Assembly: GCA_963754315.1 (NCBI GenBank)
Contig: CAVWFS010000010.1
Location: forward strand, 32,001-96,000
DNA from: an uncultured Candidatus Rokubacteria bacterium
GTDB lineage: Bacteria; Methylomirabilota; Methylomirabilia; Rokubacteriales; CSP1-6
Direction: 5' to 3'
Length of the DNA: 64,000 nucleotides
Position numbers and translations under genes: made by a program. The notes under the pieces are model-generated. The model saw nothing but the letters and a program-made list of their open reading frames with translations, ran no database searches and was not told where the DNA came from. Shown piece after piece: positions 30,662 through 41,866 of the stretch; positions within the stretch are counted from its first letter, which is position 1; the number at the start of each line of letters is the position of its first letter.

Positions 30662-30697
30662 GGATTCCGGAATCCGTTGTAGCTACAATGGCTACAA
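30662..30697 (+). promoter_or_regulatory. TA promoter/operator: palindromes GGATTCCGGAATCC and TTGTAGCTACAA, -10 TACAAT
   Basis: Perfect palindromes at 30662-30675 and 30677-30688, and a repeated GCTACAA half-site at 30691. Confidence 0.65.
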
Positions 30698-30710
30698 GCG
30701 AGGTGCCACC

Positions 30711-30992
30711 ATGGGCGCGGTGGGTGTTCGGGAGCTGAAGAACCGGCTGACCTACTATCTGCGACGGGCCACGAAAGGGGAAGAGATCATCGTCACCGAG
30801 CGCGGCCGTCCCGTGGCCGTCCTGCAATCCCTCCAGCACCTGGACCGAGGAGCGGCGCTGGAGACACGCCTGGCCCGGCTCGCCGCTCTCGGGATGGTCA
30901 CCTTGCCGACCCGGAAGGGATTCGGGCGAACGCGGCCGTTGCGCATCTCCGGACCCCCGGTGTCCCGGGCGATCCTCGAGGATCGCCGGTGA
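30711..30992 (+). CDS. Phd/YefM-family antitoxin
   Basis: VGVRELKNRLTYYLRRA..GEEIIVTERGRPVAVL. Confidence 0.92.
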   Translation: MGAVGVRELKNRLTYYLRRATKGEEIIVTERGRPVAVLQSLQHLDRGAALETRLARLAALGMVTLPTRKGFGRTRPLRISGPPVSRAILEDRR

Positions 30993-31432
30993 CCTATCTG
31001 GATACCAGTGCTCTGGTCAAGCGCGTCGTGTCGGAGGCAGGATCCAACGAGGTTCAGGCCCTGTTGACGGGGGCCGCGCCGATCGCGTCGGCTACCATCG
31101 CGTATGCGGAGCTGTATTCTGGCCTCACCCGACGGCACCGGGAGGGGGGTCTCTCGCAGCTCCAGTATCGGCTCGCCTGCCGGCGTTTCGAGAGGGATTG
31201 GCTGGGGCTCGTCAAGGTGGAGCTGGCCGCCGAGATCCTGAGCTCGGCACGGGGACTGATCCAGCGTCACGGCTTGCGCGCGTTCGATGCCATCCACCTC
31301 GCCTCGGCTCTCGGACTGCAGGCGGCCGCGAACGAACGCGTGACCTTCGTGGCGGCGGACCAGCGCCTGTTGCGGGCCGCGGCCGGTGAGCGGCTGGCGA
31401 CGGTGAACCCCGAGACCGGCCGGAGTCGGTAG
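30989..31432 (+). CDS. vapC: VapC PIN-domain toxin
   Basis: YLDTSALVKR..E.GS, LRAFDAIHLASA and FVAADQRL, with a GTGA overlap. Confidence 0.92.
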   Translation: MTYLDTSALVKRVVSEAGSNEVQALLTGAAPIASATIAYAELYSGLTRRHREGGLSQLQYRLACRRFERDWLGLVKVELAAEILSSARGLIQRHGLRAFDAIHLASALGLQAAANERVTFVAADQRLLRAAAGERLATVNPETGRSR

Positions 31433-31450
31433 CGACGACTGACAGGGAGG

Positions 31451-32512
31451 ATGATTCGGGCAGTGACTGAACGATGCGGGCCGGAAGGAGCCCGAGAGAA
31501 CCCCGAAGGCCACGAAGGTGGCCGCGTCGGGTGGGACGGGCTCGGGCGGCGGCTGCTCTGGGCCGCGGCGGTGATCCTTCTCTGCTTCTCCTGGCCCCCC
31601 GCGGAGGCGGAGCAGGCTCGACGCCCGCTTCGGATCGGCGTCATCAACGCCGCGTATGCCGCGAGCCATCCGACCGTCGAAGGGCTCAAGGCAGGACTCA
31701 AGGAGCTCGGCATCGAGGACGGCCGCGACATCACGTTCGACATTCGGTTCACGGAAGGAAAGCTGGATGCGATGCCCGCCGCCGCCGAGGCTCTGGTCAA
31801 GGCCGGGGTCGACCTGATCTTCACCAGCCAAGAGGCGGCCACCCTGGCGGCGAAGGAAGCGACGAAGAGTGTGCCCATCGTGTTCACCTTGGTGGGCGAT
31901 CCGGTTGGCGCCGGCATCGTGAGCAAGCTGGCTCAGCCTGGCGGCAACGTGACGGGCGTCTCCAGCCTCCAGACCGAGCTCGCCGCAAAGCGGCTGGAAG
32001 TTCTGAGGACCCTCGCGGCAGCCGTGCGCCGGGTCTGGCTCATCTACTATGACCTTGATCCTGGTACCAGGCCGATGATCGTCAAGGCGCTGGAGGCCGG
32101 GGAACGCATGAAGCTCGAGGTCGTGCCGAGGGGCGTGCTCGACGCCGCCGGACTGAAGCAGGCGCTGCAAGAAGTGAAGCGGAACGACGCCTTGTTCGTG
32201 CCAGAAGGCTCCAATCCAGACCTCGCCGTCGTGATCATCGATCGGTCACTCGCCCTGCGCGTCCCGGCTGTTTTCGGGACGGCGCTCTGGGTTGGTTATG
32301 GTGGGCTCATATCGTACGGGCCCGACTACTACGCGCAGGGGGTCCAGGCGGCAGGGCTGGTCGCCAAGATTCTGAGAGGGGCCCGGCCCCAGGACCTGCC
32401 CGTCGAAGGTGCGGAGAAGATCGATCTCGCGGTAAACCTCAAGACCGCGGAGCAGCTCGGCCTCACCGTGCCGCGGAAGATCCTGCTTCGCGCCGACGCC
32501 TTCCGGCGATGA
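31451..32512 (+). CDS. ABC_sub_bind-family substrate-binding protein (no permease adjacent)
   Basis: VPIVFTLVGDPVGAGIV..LAQPGGNVTG, GGLISYGPD and LAVNLKTAEQLGLTVP. Exact start uncertain. Confidence 0.88.
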   Translation: MIRAVTERCGPEGARENPEGHEGGRVGWDGLGRRLLWAAAVILLCFSWPPAEAEQARRPLRIGVINAAYAASHPTVEGLKAGLKELGIEDGRDITFDIRFTEGKLDAMPAAAEALVKAGVDLIFTSQEAATLAAKEATKSVPIVFTLVGDPVGAGIVSKLAQPGGNVTGVSSLQTELAAKRLEVLRTLAAAVRRVWLIYYDLDPGTRPMIVKALEAGERMKLEVVPRGVLDAAGLKQALQEVKRNDALFVPEGSNPDLAVVIIDRSLALRVPAVFGTALWVGYGGLISYGPDYYAQGVQAAGLVAKILRGARPQDLPVEGAEKIDLAVNLKTAEQLGLTVPRKILLRADAFRR

Positions 32513-35500
32513 CGAGCGCGACCCCGCGCGGCCGGCTCTTTCGCAAGTACGTCGTCGTCCTTCTCGTGCTGGTCGGTGGCGTGCTGATGGCGTCGAGCCT
32601 GATCAATCTCTACTTTGCCTACCGGGAGACCCAGCGCGCGATCGTCCGGGTGGAGCGCGCGAAGGCAGCAGGGGCGGCGGCCCGCATCGAGCAGTTTCTG
32701 AGGGAAGTCGAGGGGCAGGTGCGGGAGACGACCCGAACCGCCTCCGACGACCCGGACGCGAGTCAGGCGAGGCAGGGAAGCCTGGGGTTCCGAGAAGGCC
32801 TGGGGGCGGCGATGGCCGAGCAGCGCGAACTGGACTTCCTGCGCGTCCTCCGAAACGTCCCCGCCATCAGCGAGCTCAGCCACCTCGATCTCTCCGGCAA
32901 GGAGCAGCTTCACGTCTCTCGCCTGGAACCGGATGTCGTCGGCAGCCAGAAGGACTTCTCCCAGGCGCCCACGTTCGTCGAGGCCCGATCCGGCAAGACG
33001 TACTGGAGCCCTGTCTACCTCAAGAACGGGTCCGAGCCGTACGTGACGCTCGCGGTGCCCGTTGGCAAGTACGCGGTCGAGGTGACCACAGCCGAGGTCA
33101 GCCTCGGCGCCATCCTAAAGATGATGTCCCAGATCGAGGTCGGCCCCGGCGGCTATGCCTACGTGGTGGATTCCCGCAACCATCTGGTGGCGCATCCGGA
33201 CAGCCGGGTCCTCCGAGCGAAGCAGGATCTCTCATCCCTTGCCCAGGTGAAGTCGGCTCGAGCCGATGGCTCGGGGCCCGCGGAAGACGACCGGGTGGCG
33301 GGGGCCGCCGATGGCCTCGGGGGCGGGCGCGTCCTCGCCGCGCACGCACCGATCGGTTCTCTCGGGTGGCTCGTCTTCGTCGAGCGGCCGGCCGCGGACG
33401 CTTACGCGCCCCTGCGAGCGCCGATCATCCGCAGCGTCGTCATCTTCGTCCTGGGTCTAGGGCTCTCGATCCTGGCCAGCCTGCTCCTCGCCCGGCGGAT
33501 GGTCAGACCGATCCGGGTGCTGCAGGAAGGGGCGACGCGGATCGGCGCCGGCAGGCTCGACCAGCCGATCGAGTTGCGCACCGGCGACGAGATCGAGGCC
33601 CTGGCCGGTTCATTCAATCGCATGGCGGCCAGCCTCAAGGAGTCCTACGAGGGCCTCGAGCAGAAGGTCGAAGCTCGCACGCGGGAGCTGGCGGACGCCA
33701 ATCGCGACCTCACCGAGGCGCTCGAGCAGCAGACGGCAACGAGCGAGATCCTGCGCGTGATCAGCCAGTCGCCGACGGACGTTCAGCCGGTCTTTGACGC
33801 GATCGTGCGGAGCGCGTGCGGCTCTGCATGGGCTATTCGGTCACGCCAGCGATTCTACTGGCGAAAAGATGCACCTGGCGGCTCCATCATCGACCACACG
33901 ACCGGAAGTACCCGAGCGCTCCAGGAGCGATGTTACTCGATGCGGCCGGTGCAGCCGGCTCATGGCCGCGGCCGCGCGATCTTGGCGGGCGCGATCAGTC
34001 GCTGACGTTGAGGACTGACTGAGCCGATCCCGAGTGGTCAGCGAGACCAGTCGCGTCGTGCGGGCGGCTATCGGAGCATGCTGGCCGTGCCGATGCTGCG
34101 CGAGGGAGACGCGATCGGCGCGATCATTGTCAGTCGCACGGAGCCGGGCCTTTACTCGACTGGCCAGATCGCACTGCTGCAAGACGTTCGCCGACCAGGC
34201 AGTGATCGCCATCGAGAATGTGCGGCTGTTCAAGGAGCTGGAGGTACGCAACCGCGACCTCACCCAGGCCCTGGAGCAACAGACGGCGACGAGCGAGATC
34301 TTGCGCGTCATCAGTAGCTCGCCGACGGATGTGCAACCCGTCTTCGATGCCGTGGCCGCGAGCGCCGCGCGCTTGTGTGAGGCGTTCGATTCCGCCATCT
34401 TCCGTGTGGACGGTGACCGATTGTGCCTGGTGGCCAATCATGGCCCGATTCCATACGGACCTGTTGGTGAGTTCTCGCTCCCCCTCAGTCGCCGTGTGCT
34501 CACTGGACGATCGGTGCTGGAGGGGCGAACGCTGCAGATCGCCGATCTGCAGACGGCCACTGGCGAGTTTCCGGAGGGAAGCGTGTCGGCGCGCGAATGG
34601 GGCCACCGGACCGCGCTGAGCGTCCCCTTGATGCGGGAGGGCGTTGCCACGGGAGCGATCATCGTCCGCCGCACCGAGATCCGGCCCTTCACCGAGCGCC
34701 AGATCGCCCTGCTCCAGACCTTCGCCGACCAGGCGGTGATCGCCATCGAGAACGTGCGTTTGTTCAACGAGCTCCAGGAACGGACGCACGAGCTGACCCG
34801 CTCGGTAGACGAGTTGCAGGCGCTCGGCGAGGTGGGGCGTGCCGTCAGCTCGAGCCTCGACATCCAGTCCGTTCTCACCAGCATCGTCTCGCATGCGGTT
34901 GAGCTTTCGCAGACCGACGCCGGAACCATCTACGAGTTCGACGAGGCCGTGAAGGTATTCGTCCCGCGCGCAAATTTCGGCATGGCGGACGAATTGATCG
35001 AGGCTCTCCGTCAGTCGCGAATCCACGTCGGCGAGGCAGGGATCGGTCAAGCGGCGGCGACGCGCGCGGCCGTCCAGATCCCCGACCTCGAGCGCGACTC
35101 GAGCTACCCGCTCGCCTTCCTGCGCGAGGCGGGGTTCCGTGCCCTCCTGGCCGTCCCGCTGCTGCGGGAGGACCGGGTGATCGGCGGGCTGGTGGTCCGG
35201 CGAAAAGCACCGGGCGCGTTCCCGCAGCCAATCGTGGATCTGCTCCAGACTTTCGCGACCCAGTCGGTCATCGCTATCCAGAACGCGCGGCTCTTCCGGG
35301 AGATCGACGAGAAGGGCCGCGCCCTCGAGGAGCTCTCGCGTAACCAGGAACAGCTCTACCGCCTCTCGACCGCGCTCCAGGAGCCGCTGTCCCTCGCCGA
35401 GCAGCTCACGCGGGTCCTCGACGCCGCGCGGCATGTGGTGGGCCTCGACCGCCTCTACATCTGGACGCTGAGCCCCGCCGGCGATGGGCTGATGGTCAGC

Positions 35501-36595
35501 GCCCAGGCCGGGTTCGGGGAACGCGACTGGCAGGAGCTCGTCGGAGTGACCATTCCCATGGACGAGGCGGGAGCGCTGGCCGCCGCCTGCCGCGACGGCG
35601 AGCCGATGCTGTTCACCGAGGCGCACCCGCTGCCGGAGGAGTATCACCTGCGCCCCCCGTACTCGGAGCTCGCCGGCCTGCGCGTCAAGAGCTTCCTCGC
35701 CATCCCCATGATTGCTCGCGGCCGCACCGTCGGCGTCCTCTCCGCCGATAACCGCGCCAGCCGAGCGCCGATTCCGGCTCACACCGTGAATCTGCTTCAG
35801 ACCTTCGCCGCCCAGGCGGCGGTCGCCGTGGAGAACGCCCGCCTGTTCGGGGAGATCCAGGAAAAGGGGCGTGAGCTCGAGCTGGCCAGCAAGCACAAGT
35901 CGCAGTTCCTCGCCAACATGAGCCACGAACTGCGGACGCCGATGAACGCCGTGCTCGGCTACGCCGACCTCATCCTGGACGACATCTTCGGCGAGGTTCC
36001 AGAGCCGATCCGCGACACCCTGGAGCGGATCAAGAGCAACGGGCAGCATCTCCTCGGCCTGATCAACGACGTGCTCGACCTCTCCAAGATCGAGGCGGGG
36101 CAGCTCACCCTCTCGCTCGGCGACTATTCCATGGGAGAGGTCGTGCACGCGGTGGTCTCGACGGTGGAATCCCTTGCCGCGGGAAAGCATCTTGCCCTCA
36201 AGGCCATCGTGCCCGCCGATCTCCCCGCCGGCCACGGCGACGAGCGGCGGCTCACCCAAGTGCTGCTGAACCTCGCCGGCAACGCGATCAAGTTCACCGA
36301 CATCGGCGGGATCTCCATCGAGGCCCGGGCCTCCAACGGCGCCTTCGTGGTGTCTGTGTCGGACACTGGCCCCGGGATTTCCCGGGCCGACCAGGAAAAG
36401 ATCTTCGAGGAGTTCCAGCAGGCCGACAGCTCCAGCACCCGGGCCAAGGGCGGCACCGGTCTCGGCCTCGCGATCTCCCGGCGCATCATAGAGCTGCACG
36501 GTGGGCGCCTCTGGGTGGAATCGACCCTCGGGGAGGGATCGGCATTTTATTTCACCGTGCCCCTACGGGTGGAGCGACGAACGGAGAGAGCATGA
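32509..36595 (+). CDS. Membrane sensor kinase TM-Cache-TM-HAMP-4xGAF-HisKA-HATPase (first GAF corrupted by indels, ~33820-34190)
   Basis: [28 protein letters not shown], repeated (TF)[14 protein letters not shown] linkers, [18 protein letters not shown] and GGTGLGL. Confidence 0.85.
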
Positions 36596-36978
36596 GCAAG
36601 CGCATCCTGGTCGTCGAGGACCACGAGGAGAACCGGCGCATCTTGCGCATCCTTCTGGCGAGCGGCGGCTTCGAGATGATCGAGGCCGTCACCGGCGAGG
36701 AAGGGGTGGCGGCGGCGGAGAAGGAGCGCCCGGACCTGATTCTCATGGACATCCAGCTTCCGGGCCTCGACGGCTACGAGGCGACACGGCGGATCAAGGC
36801 CAATCCGGCGCTCCGGCACATCCCGATCATCGTGGTCACCTCCTACGCGCTCAGCGGCGACGACGTCAAGGCGTTCGAGGCGGGTTGCGACGCCTATGTC
36901 ACCAAGCCCTTCGTTCCGCGCGAGCTGCTGGCCAAGGTCCGGCAGTACCTGGCGCCGCCCATGGAGAGTCCCGCGTGA
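36592..36978 (+). CDS. Single-domain response regulator (DivK/CheY-like)
   Basis: [18 protein letters not shown] and GCDAYVTKP. Confidence 0.93.
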   Translation: MSKRILVVEDHEENRRILRILLASGGFEMIEAVTGEEGVAAAEKERPDLILMDIQLPGLDGYEATRRIKANPALRHIPIIVVTSYALSGDDVKAFEAGCDAYVTKPFVPRELLAKVRQYLAPPMESPA

Positions 36979-38093
36979 GAACACCGCCGCGGATCCTGAT
37001 CGTGGATGACACGCCGGCCAATGTCCACATCCTCCAGGCCCGTCTCACCGCCCACGGCTACGACATCGTCACCGCGACCGACGGCGAGGAGGCGCTGGCC
37101 GCCGTCGCGCGCGCTCAGCCCGACCTCGTCCTGCTCGACGTGATGATGCCGAAGCTGGATGGGTTCGAGGTCTGCCGACGTCTCAGGGCGGACGCCTCGC
37201 TGCCCTTCATCCCGATCATCATGGTCACCGCCAAGGCCGATCCCAAGGACGTCGTGGCCGGCCTCGAGGCCGGGGGCGATGAGTACCTGACGAAGCCTGT
37301 GGATCAGGCGGCTCTCGTGGCGCGCGTCAAGTCGATGCTGCGGATCAAGGACCTCCACGACACCGTGCAGCGTCTCGCCGACGAGCGGGCCGAATGGAAC
37401 CGGACACTCGAGCGCCGAGTCGACGAGCAGGTCGGCCAGCTCGAGCGGCTCGGCCGCCTCAAGCGTTTCTTCTCGCCCCAGCTCGCGGAGCTCATCGTGT
37501 CCGGCGGCGCCGACGATCCTCTCCAGACCCACCGGCGCGAGGTCACGGTCGTGTTCCTGGACCTCCGTGGCTTCACGGCGTTCGCGGAGACTGCCGAGCC
37601 CGAGGAAGTCATGAGTGTTCTCCGTGAATACCACGCCGAGATGGGCAAGCTCATTCTCGCGCACGAGGGGACCCTGGAGCGCTTCACCGGCGACGGCATG
37701 ATGATCTTCTTCAACGACCCGGTGCCGGTGCCCGATCCCGCCCAGCGCGCCATCCGCATGGCCCTGGCCATGCGGGAGCGCGTGCACCACCTGATGGTGG
37801 TCTGGCAGAAGCGCGGGTACGACCTTGCCCTCGGCGTTGGCATTGCCCAGGGCTATGCGACCATCGGCGCCATCGGCTTCGAAGGGCGCTGGGACTACGG
37901 CGCCATCGGCACCGTCACCAATCTGGCCGCCCGCCTCTGTGGTGAGGCTCAGGGCGGGCAGATACTCGTCTCCTCGCGGGTGGCGGGGGCGCTCGATGAG
38001 CTGATCGAGCTCAAGGAGGTGGGCAAGCTCACCTTGAAGGGGTTCCTCCGGCCCGTCCCGACCTTCAACGCGCTCGGGTTGAGGGGGTCGTAG
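36975..38093 (+). CDS. Response regulator fused to class III adenylate/guanylate cyclase
   Basis: REC (LIVDD, LLDVMMP) plus VFLDLRGFT, RFTGDG and DYGAIGTVTNLAARL. Confidence 0.92.
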   Translation: MRTPPRILIVDDTPANVHILQARLTAHGYDIVTATDGEEALAAVARAQPDLVLLDVMMPKLDGFEVCRRLRADASLPFIPIIMVTAKADPKDVVAGLEAGGDEYLTKPVDQAALVARVKSMLRIKDLHDTVQRLADERAEWNRTLERRVDEQVGQLERLGRLKRFFSPQLAELIVSGGADDPLQTHRREVTVVFLDLRGFTAFAETAEPEEVMSVLREYHAEMGKLILAHEGTLERFTGDGMMIFFNDPVPVPDPAQRAIRMALAMRERVHHLMVVWQKRGYDLALGVGIAQGYATIGAIGFEGRWDYGAIGTVTNLAARLCGEAQGGQILVSSRVAGALDELIELKEVGKLTLKGFLRPVPTFNALGLRGS

Positions 38094-38101
38094 AGGCACG
38101 C

Positions 38102-39014
38102 GTGAGTTTTGAGTACCACGAGGCGTCCTCCGTGGCCGAGGCGGTCGACCTCGGCGCCCGCTTCGGTGATGAGAGCCGCTTCCTCGCCGGGGGCACCGAT
38201 CTCATCATCCAGATGCGCCGTGGTAAGGTGGCGCCGCGTCACGTGGTGGACTTGCGCCGGGTACCCGGCCTCGACTCGATCGCGGTGAACGGCGACGTGC
38301 GCCTCGGTGCGCTCGTCACCCACCGTACCATCGAGCGCTGTGGGGCGTTCCAGGGTCGGTTGCGCGGCCTCGTCGAGGGCGCCCAGGTCGTGGGTGGTCA
38401 CCAGATCCGCAACGTGGGCACGGTGGGCGGCAACATCGCCAACGCCTCGCCCGCCGCCGACGTGGTGCCCGTCCTGCTCGCCCTCGACGCGGTTGTCCTC
38501 GCCGTCGGCCCGACCGGCGAGCGTGCCGTTCCGCTCGAGGAATTCCTGGTTGGTCCCGGGCAGACCGCGCGACGGCCGGGCGAGCTCCTCACCGCCGTAC
38601 GGTTCGGTGCGCCGGGGGAGCGCGCGGCGACGGCCTTCCTCAAGGCCGGCCGCCGGCGGGCCATGGAGATCGCGGTCGTGTGCGTGGCCGTGCGACTCAC
38701 GCTCGACGCCGAGGGCGAGCGGTGCGTGGATGCGCGCATTGCGCTGGGCGCGGTTGCCCCCACCACGTGGCGTTCGCGGCGAGGCCGAACGGGTTGTCGA
38801 GGGACGCGTGGTGACGCCGGAAGCCCTTCGCGAGGCCGGCCGAACGGCGGCGGCGAGCTGCCGACCCATCAGCGACGTCCGTGCCTCCGCCCGCTACCGT
38901 CGGCTCCTCGTCGAAACCCTGGTGTCCCGGGCCCTGGCGCGGTGTCTTGAGCGCATCCGGAGTGGCGCCGGCGAGCCAAGGGGATGGGGCGAGCAGCGCC
39001 GGGGGAACGCATGA
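38102..39014 (+). CDS. Xanthine dehydrogenase family FAD-binding subunit (frameshift near 38780)
   Basis: FLAGGTDL, QIRNVGTVGGNIANASPAAD, and PISDVRASARYRR in the second frame. Confidence 0.9.
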
Positions 39015-39532
39015 TGCCAAGGCTGGTCCTCCCCCTCACGATCAACGGCGAGCGCCACGATGTCTTCACGGAGCCGCACCGAACACTCCTGGACGTGCTC
39101 CGCGTCGACCTCGGTCTGACTGGCACCAAGGAGAACTGCTTGGAGGCAGAGTGTGGCGTCTGCACGGTGCTCGTCGACGGCCAGGCGGTGAACAGCTGCA
39201 TCGTGCTCGCCGCCCAGTGTCGGGGTCGCGAGGTGGTCACCATCGAGGGTTTGGCCCGCGACGGCGCGCTGCATCCGCTTCAGCAGGCGTTCATCGATCA
39301 CGGCGCCGTGCAGTGCGGATACTGCATTCCCGGCATGATCCTCTCCGCCACGGCCTTCCTCGCCGAATGCCCCGGCGCCACCGAGGCCGAGGTCCGCGAG
39401 GCGCTGGCCGGCAATCTGTGTCGCTGCACCGGCTACCAGAAGATCGCTGACGCAGTGGTCGCGGTCGCCCACGCCGACGCGCTCGTGGCGGCCAGGCGGC
39501 CTGACGCAGGGGAGGTAACGGCATGGCGGTGA
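39011..39532 (+). CDS. Xanthine dehydrogenase family 2x[2Fe-2S] subunit
   Basis: [21 protein letters not shown] and NLCRCTGY. Confidence 0.93.
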   Translation: MMPRLVLPLTINGERHDVFTEPHRTLLDVLRVDLGLTGTKENCLEAECGVCTVLVDGQAVNSCIVLAAQCRGREVVTIEGLARDGALHPLQQAFIDHGAVQCGYCIPGMILSATAFLAECPGATEAEVREALAGNLCRCTGYQKIADAVVAVAHADALVAARRPDAGEVTAWR

Positions 39533-41802
39533 CGCGCGTCGTCGGCAAACCGCTCCCGCGCATCGACGCGCCAGGCAAGGTGACGGGGACGGCGGTCTAC
39601 GCGGCGGACTTCACCCTGCCCGGCATGTTGGTCGGGAAGGTCTTTCGGAGCACGGAACCGCACGCGCGGATCGTGCGGCTGGATGTCAGCCGCGCGGCTC
39701 GTCTGCCCGGTGTGCGCGCGGTCATCAGCGCCGCCGACGTGCCGGACGTGCGCTACGGCGGCGCCCTGAAGGACGAGACGGTTTTCGCCCGGGGCAGGGT
39801 CCGCTACGTCGGCCAGCCTGTGGCGGCGGTGGCCGCGAGCACGCCCGAGGCGGCCGACGCTGCTCTGGCGGCGATCGAGGTTGTCTACGAACCGCTGCCC
39901 GCCGTGCTCGACCTGGACGCCGCGCTCGCGCCGGGCGCACCGCTCGTCCACGAGGGATGGGAGGACTACACGGCGATCCCCATCCTCCATCGTGACGGCA
40001 ACGTCTGCAATCGTGCCCGCATCATGCTCGGCGACGTCGAGCGCGGCTTCGAAGAGGCTGACCGGATTTTCGAGCACCGCTTCACGACGAGCATGGTTCA
40101 CCAGGGTTACACGGAGCCGCGGGCGGCGGTGGCCCAGTGGGACAGCGCGGATACGGTCACGGTGTGGTCGAACACCCAGCTGCCGTTCGAGGTGCAGAAC
40201 ACCCTCGCCGAGATCCTCGCCATGCCGCCGGGCAAGATCCGAGTGATCGTGCCTGGCATCGGCGGAGGATTTGGCGGCAAGCTCCGCGTGGGCGTAGAGC
40301 ATTTCGCCGCCTTCCTCGCCAGGAAGGCGGGCCGACCCGTCAAGCTCGTGACCACGAGCGAGGAGGAGCTCATTGCCGCCTATCCGCGCCAAGGCGCGGT
40401 GGTCGAGCTCAAGACTGGCGTCACCCGCGACGGCCGCATCACCGCGAAGGCCGGACGCATCTGGTTCGATACCGGGGCGTTCGCCGGCTCGGGGCCGGGG
40501 GTCGCGTCGGTAGCGACCCTCGTCCTGGCCGGGCCCTACCGAATCCCCAACCTCCACCTCGAGGGATTCGCCGTCTACACGAACAAGACGAACTGCGGGT
40601 CCTTCCGTGCGCCCTCGGGGCCGCAGGCGAACTTCGCGGTAGAGTCCCAGATGGATATCATCGCCGATGCTCTCGGGGTTGACCCGCTCGACTTCCGCCT
40701 GCGCAACATCGTGCACGAAGGCGACGAGGGGCCGACGGGTCAGGTGCTGACGGCGGTGGGGCTCGAGGAGTGCCTGCGCAAGGCAGCGGCCGCCATCGGA
40801 TGGAAAGACCGACGACCCGGGCCCGGGCGTGCCAAGGGCCTTGCCTGCGGATGGTGGACAACCACGGGGGGCTCATCAGGCGTCTACGTCAAGATCAACC
40901 CCGATGGCACGGTGGCGCTCAACACCGGCGCCGCCGAGATTGGCACCGCCGCCCTCACGGGGGCTGCCCAGGTCCTCGCCGAGGAGCTGGGAGTGGATCT
41001 GGCTGATATTAGCGTGGTGTCGGCCGACACGTTCTCGACACCGTTCGACTTCGGAGCGCAGGGAAGCCGCACGGCGTTCGCGGTGGGCAACGCCTGCCGG
41101 GCCGCGGTGGCCAACCTCAAGCAGCGCATCTTCGCCCTCGCCGGGGCCCAGCTCGGAGTCGAACCAGACGCGTGCACACTCGCTGACAAGCACGTGGTCA
41201 TCGGCGACAGGCGGATGTCACTCGCTGACCTCGCCCGACTCTCCCAGCAGACGGGTGGAGGCCTCATCGCCCAGGGCACATTCATCGCGGCTCCCACCCC
41301 ATTTGACACCAAGCGTGTGGACGGGCACGTGTATCCGGCCTTCCACTCGCCGAGCTTCCACGCCCACGCGGTGGATCTCTCGGTGGACCGAGAGACGGGG
41401 GAGATCGCGATCCACCGATACGTCGTAGCGCAGGATGTCGGTTTCGCCATGAATCCGACCTATATCGAGGGCCAGATCGAGGGTGGGGTGGCCCAGGGCC
41501 TGGGCCAGGCGCTCTCGGAAGAGATCGTCTACGAGGGCGGGCGAGTCCTGAACCCGAATCTCACCGACTACAAGATGCCGACGACGCTCGACATGCCGCG
41601 CGTGGAGACGATCCTCGTCCAGCATCCGAGCCTCGCCGGACCCTACGGGGCCAAGGGTGTGGGAGAACCACCGAACATCGAGCCTCCAGCGGCGGTCGCG
41701 AATGCAGTGGCGGCGGCCACCGGTCTGCGCGTGACGACCCTGCCTATCACCGCGGAGAAGATCGCGCTCGGGTTGCGCGACGCCGGAACGGACTCGCCCT
41801 GA
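39523..41802 (+). CDS. Xanthine dehydrogenase family molybdopterin-binding subunit
   Basis: KVTGTAVYAAD, GGGFGGK, FRAPSGPQ, GQIEGG and AKGVGEPP. Lacks the CO dehydrogenase AYxCSFR motif. Confidence 0.93.
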   Translation: MAVTRVVGKPLPRIDAPGKVTGTAVYAADFTLPGMLVGKVFRSTEPHARIVRLDVSRAARLPGVRAVISAADVPDVRYGGALKDETVFARGRVRYVGQPVAAVAASTPEAADAALAAIEVVYEPLPAVLDLDAALAPGAPLVHEGWEDYTAIPILHRDGNVCNRARIMLGDVERGFEEADRIFEHRFTTSMVHQGYTEPRAAVAQWDSADTVTVWSNTQLPFEVQNTLAEILAMPPGKIRVIVPGIGGGFGGKLRVGVEHFAAFLARKAGRPVKLVTTSEEELIAAYPRQGAVVELKTGVTRDGRITAKAGRIWFDTGAFAGSGPGVASVATLVLAGPYRIPNLHLEGFAVYTNKTNCGSFRAPSGPQANFAVESQMDIIADALGVDPLDFRLRNIVHEGDEGPTGQVLTAVGLEECLRKAAAAIGWKDRRPGPGRAKGLACGWWTTTGGSSGVYVKINPDGTVALNTGAAEIGTAALTGAAQVLAEELGVDLADISVVSADTFSTPFDFGAQGSRTAFAVGNACRAAVANLKQRIFALAGAQLGVEPDACTLADKHVVIGDRRMSLADLARLSQQTGGGLIAQGTFIAAPTPFDTKRVDGHVYPAFHSPSFHAHAVDLSVDRETGEIAIHRYVVAQDVGFAMNPTYIEGQIEGGVAQGLGQALSEEIVYEGGRVLNPNLTDYKMPTTLDMPRVETILVQHPSLAGPYGAKGVGEPPNIEPPAAVANAVAAATGLRVTTLPITAEKIALGLRDAGTDSP

Positions 41803-41866
41803 TCCACGGGGCCGTCGTCGCCGGCGTGGAGCTCCGCGATCTCCGGGTAACCGGTGGGCTGAAGCG

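Noticed and set aside
39523..41802. Aerobic CO dehydrogenase (coxMSL order)
   Set aside because: The active-site loop is FRAPSGPQ, not AYxCSFR, and no cox accessory genes are present.
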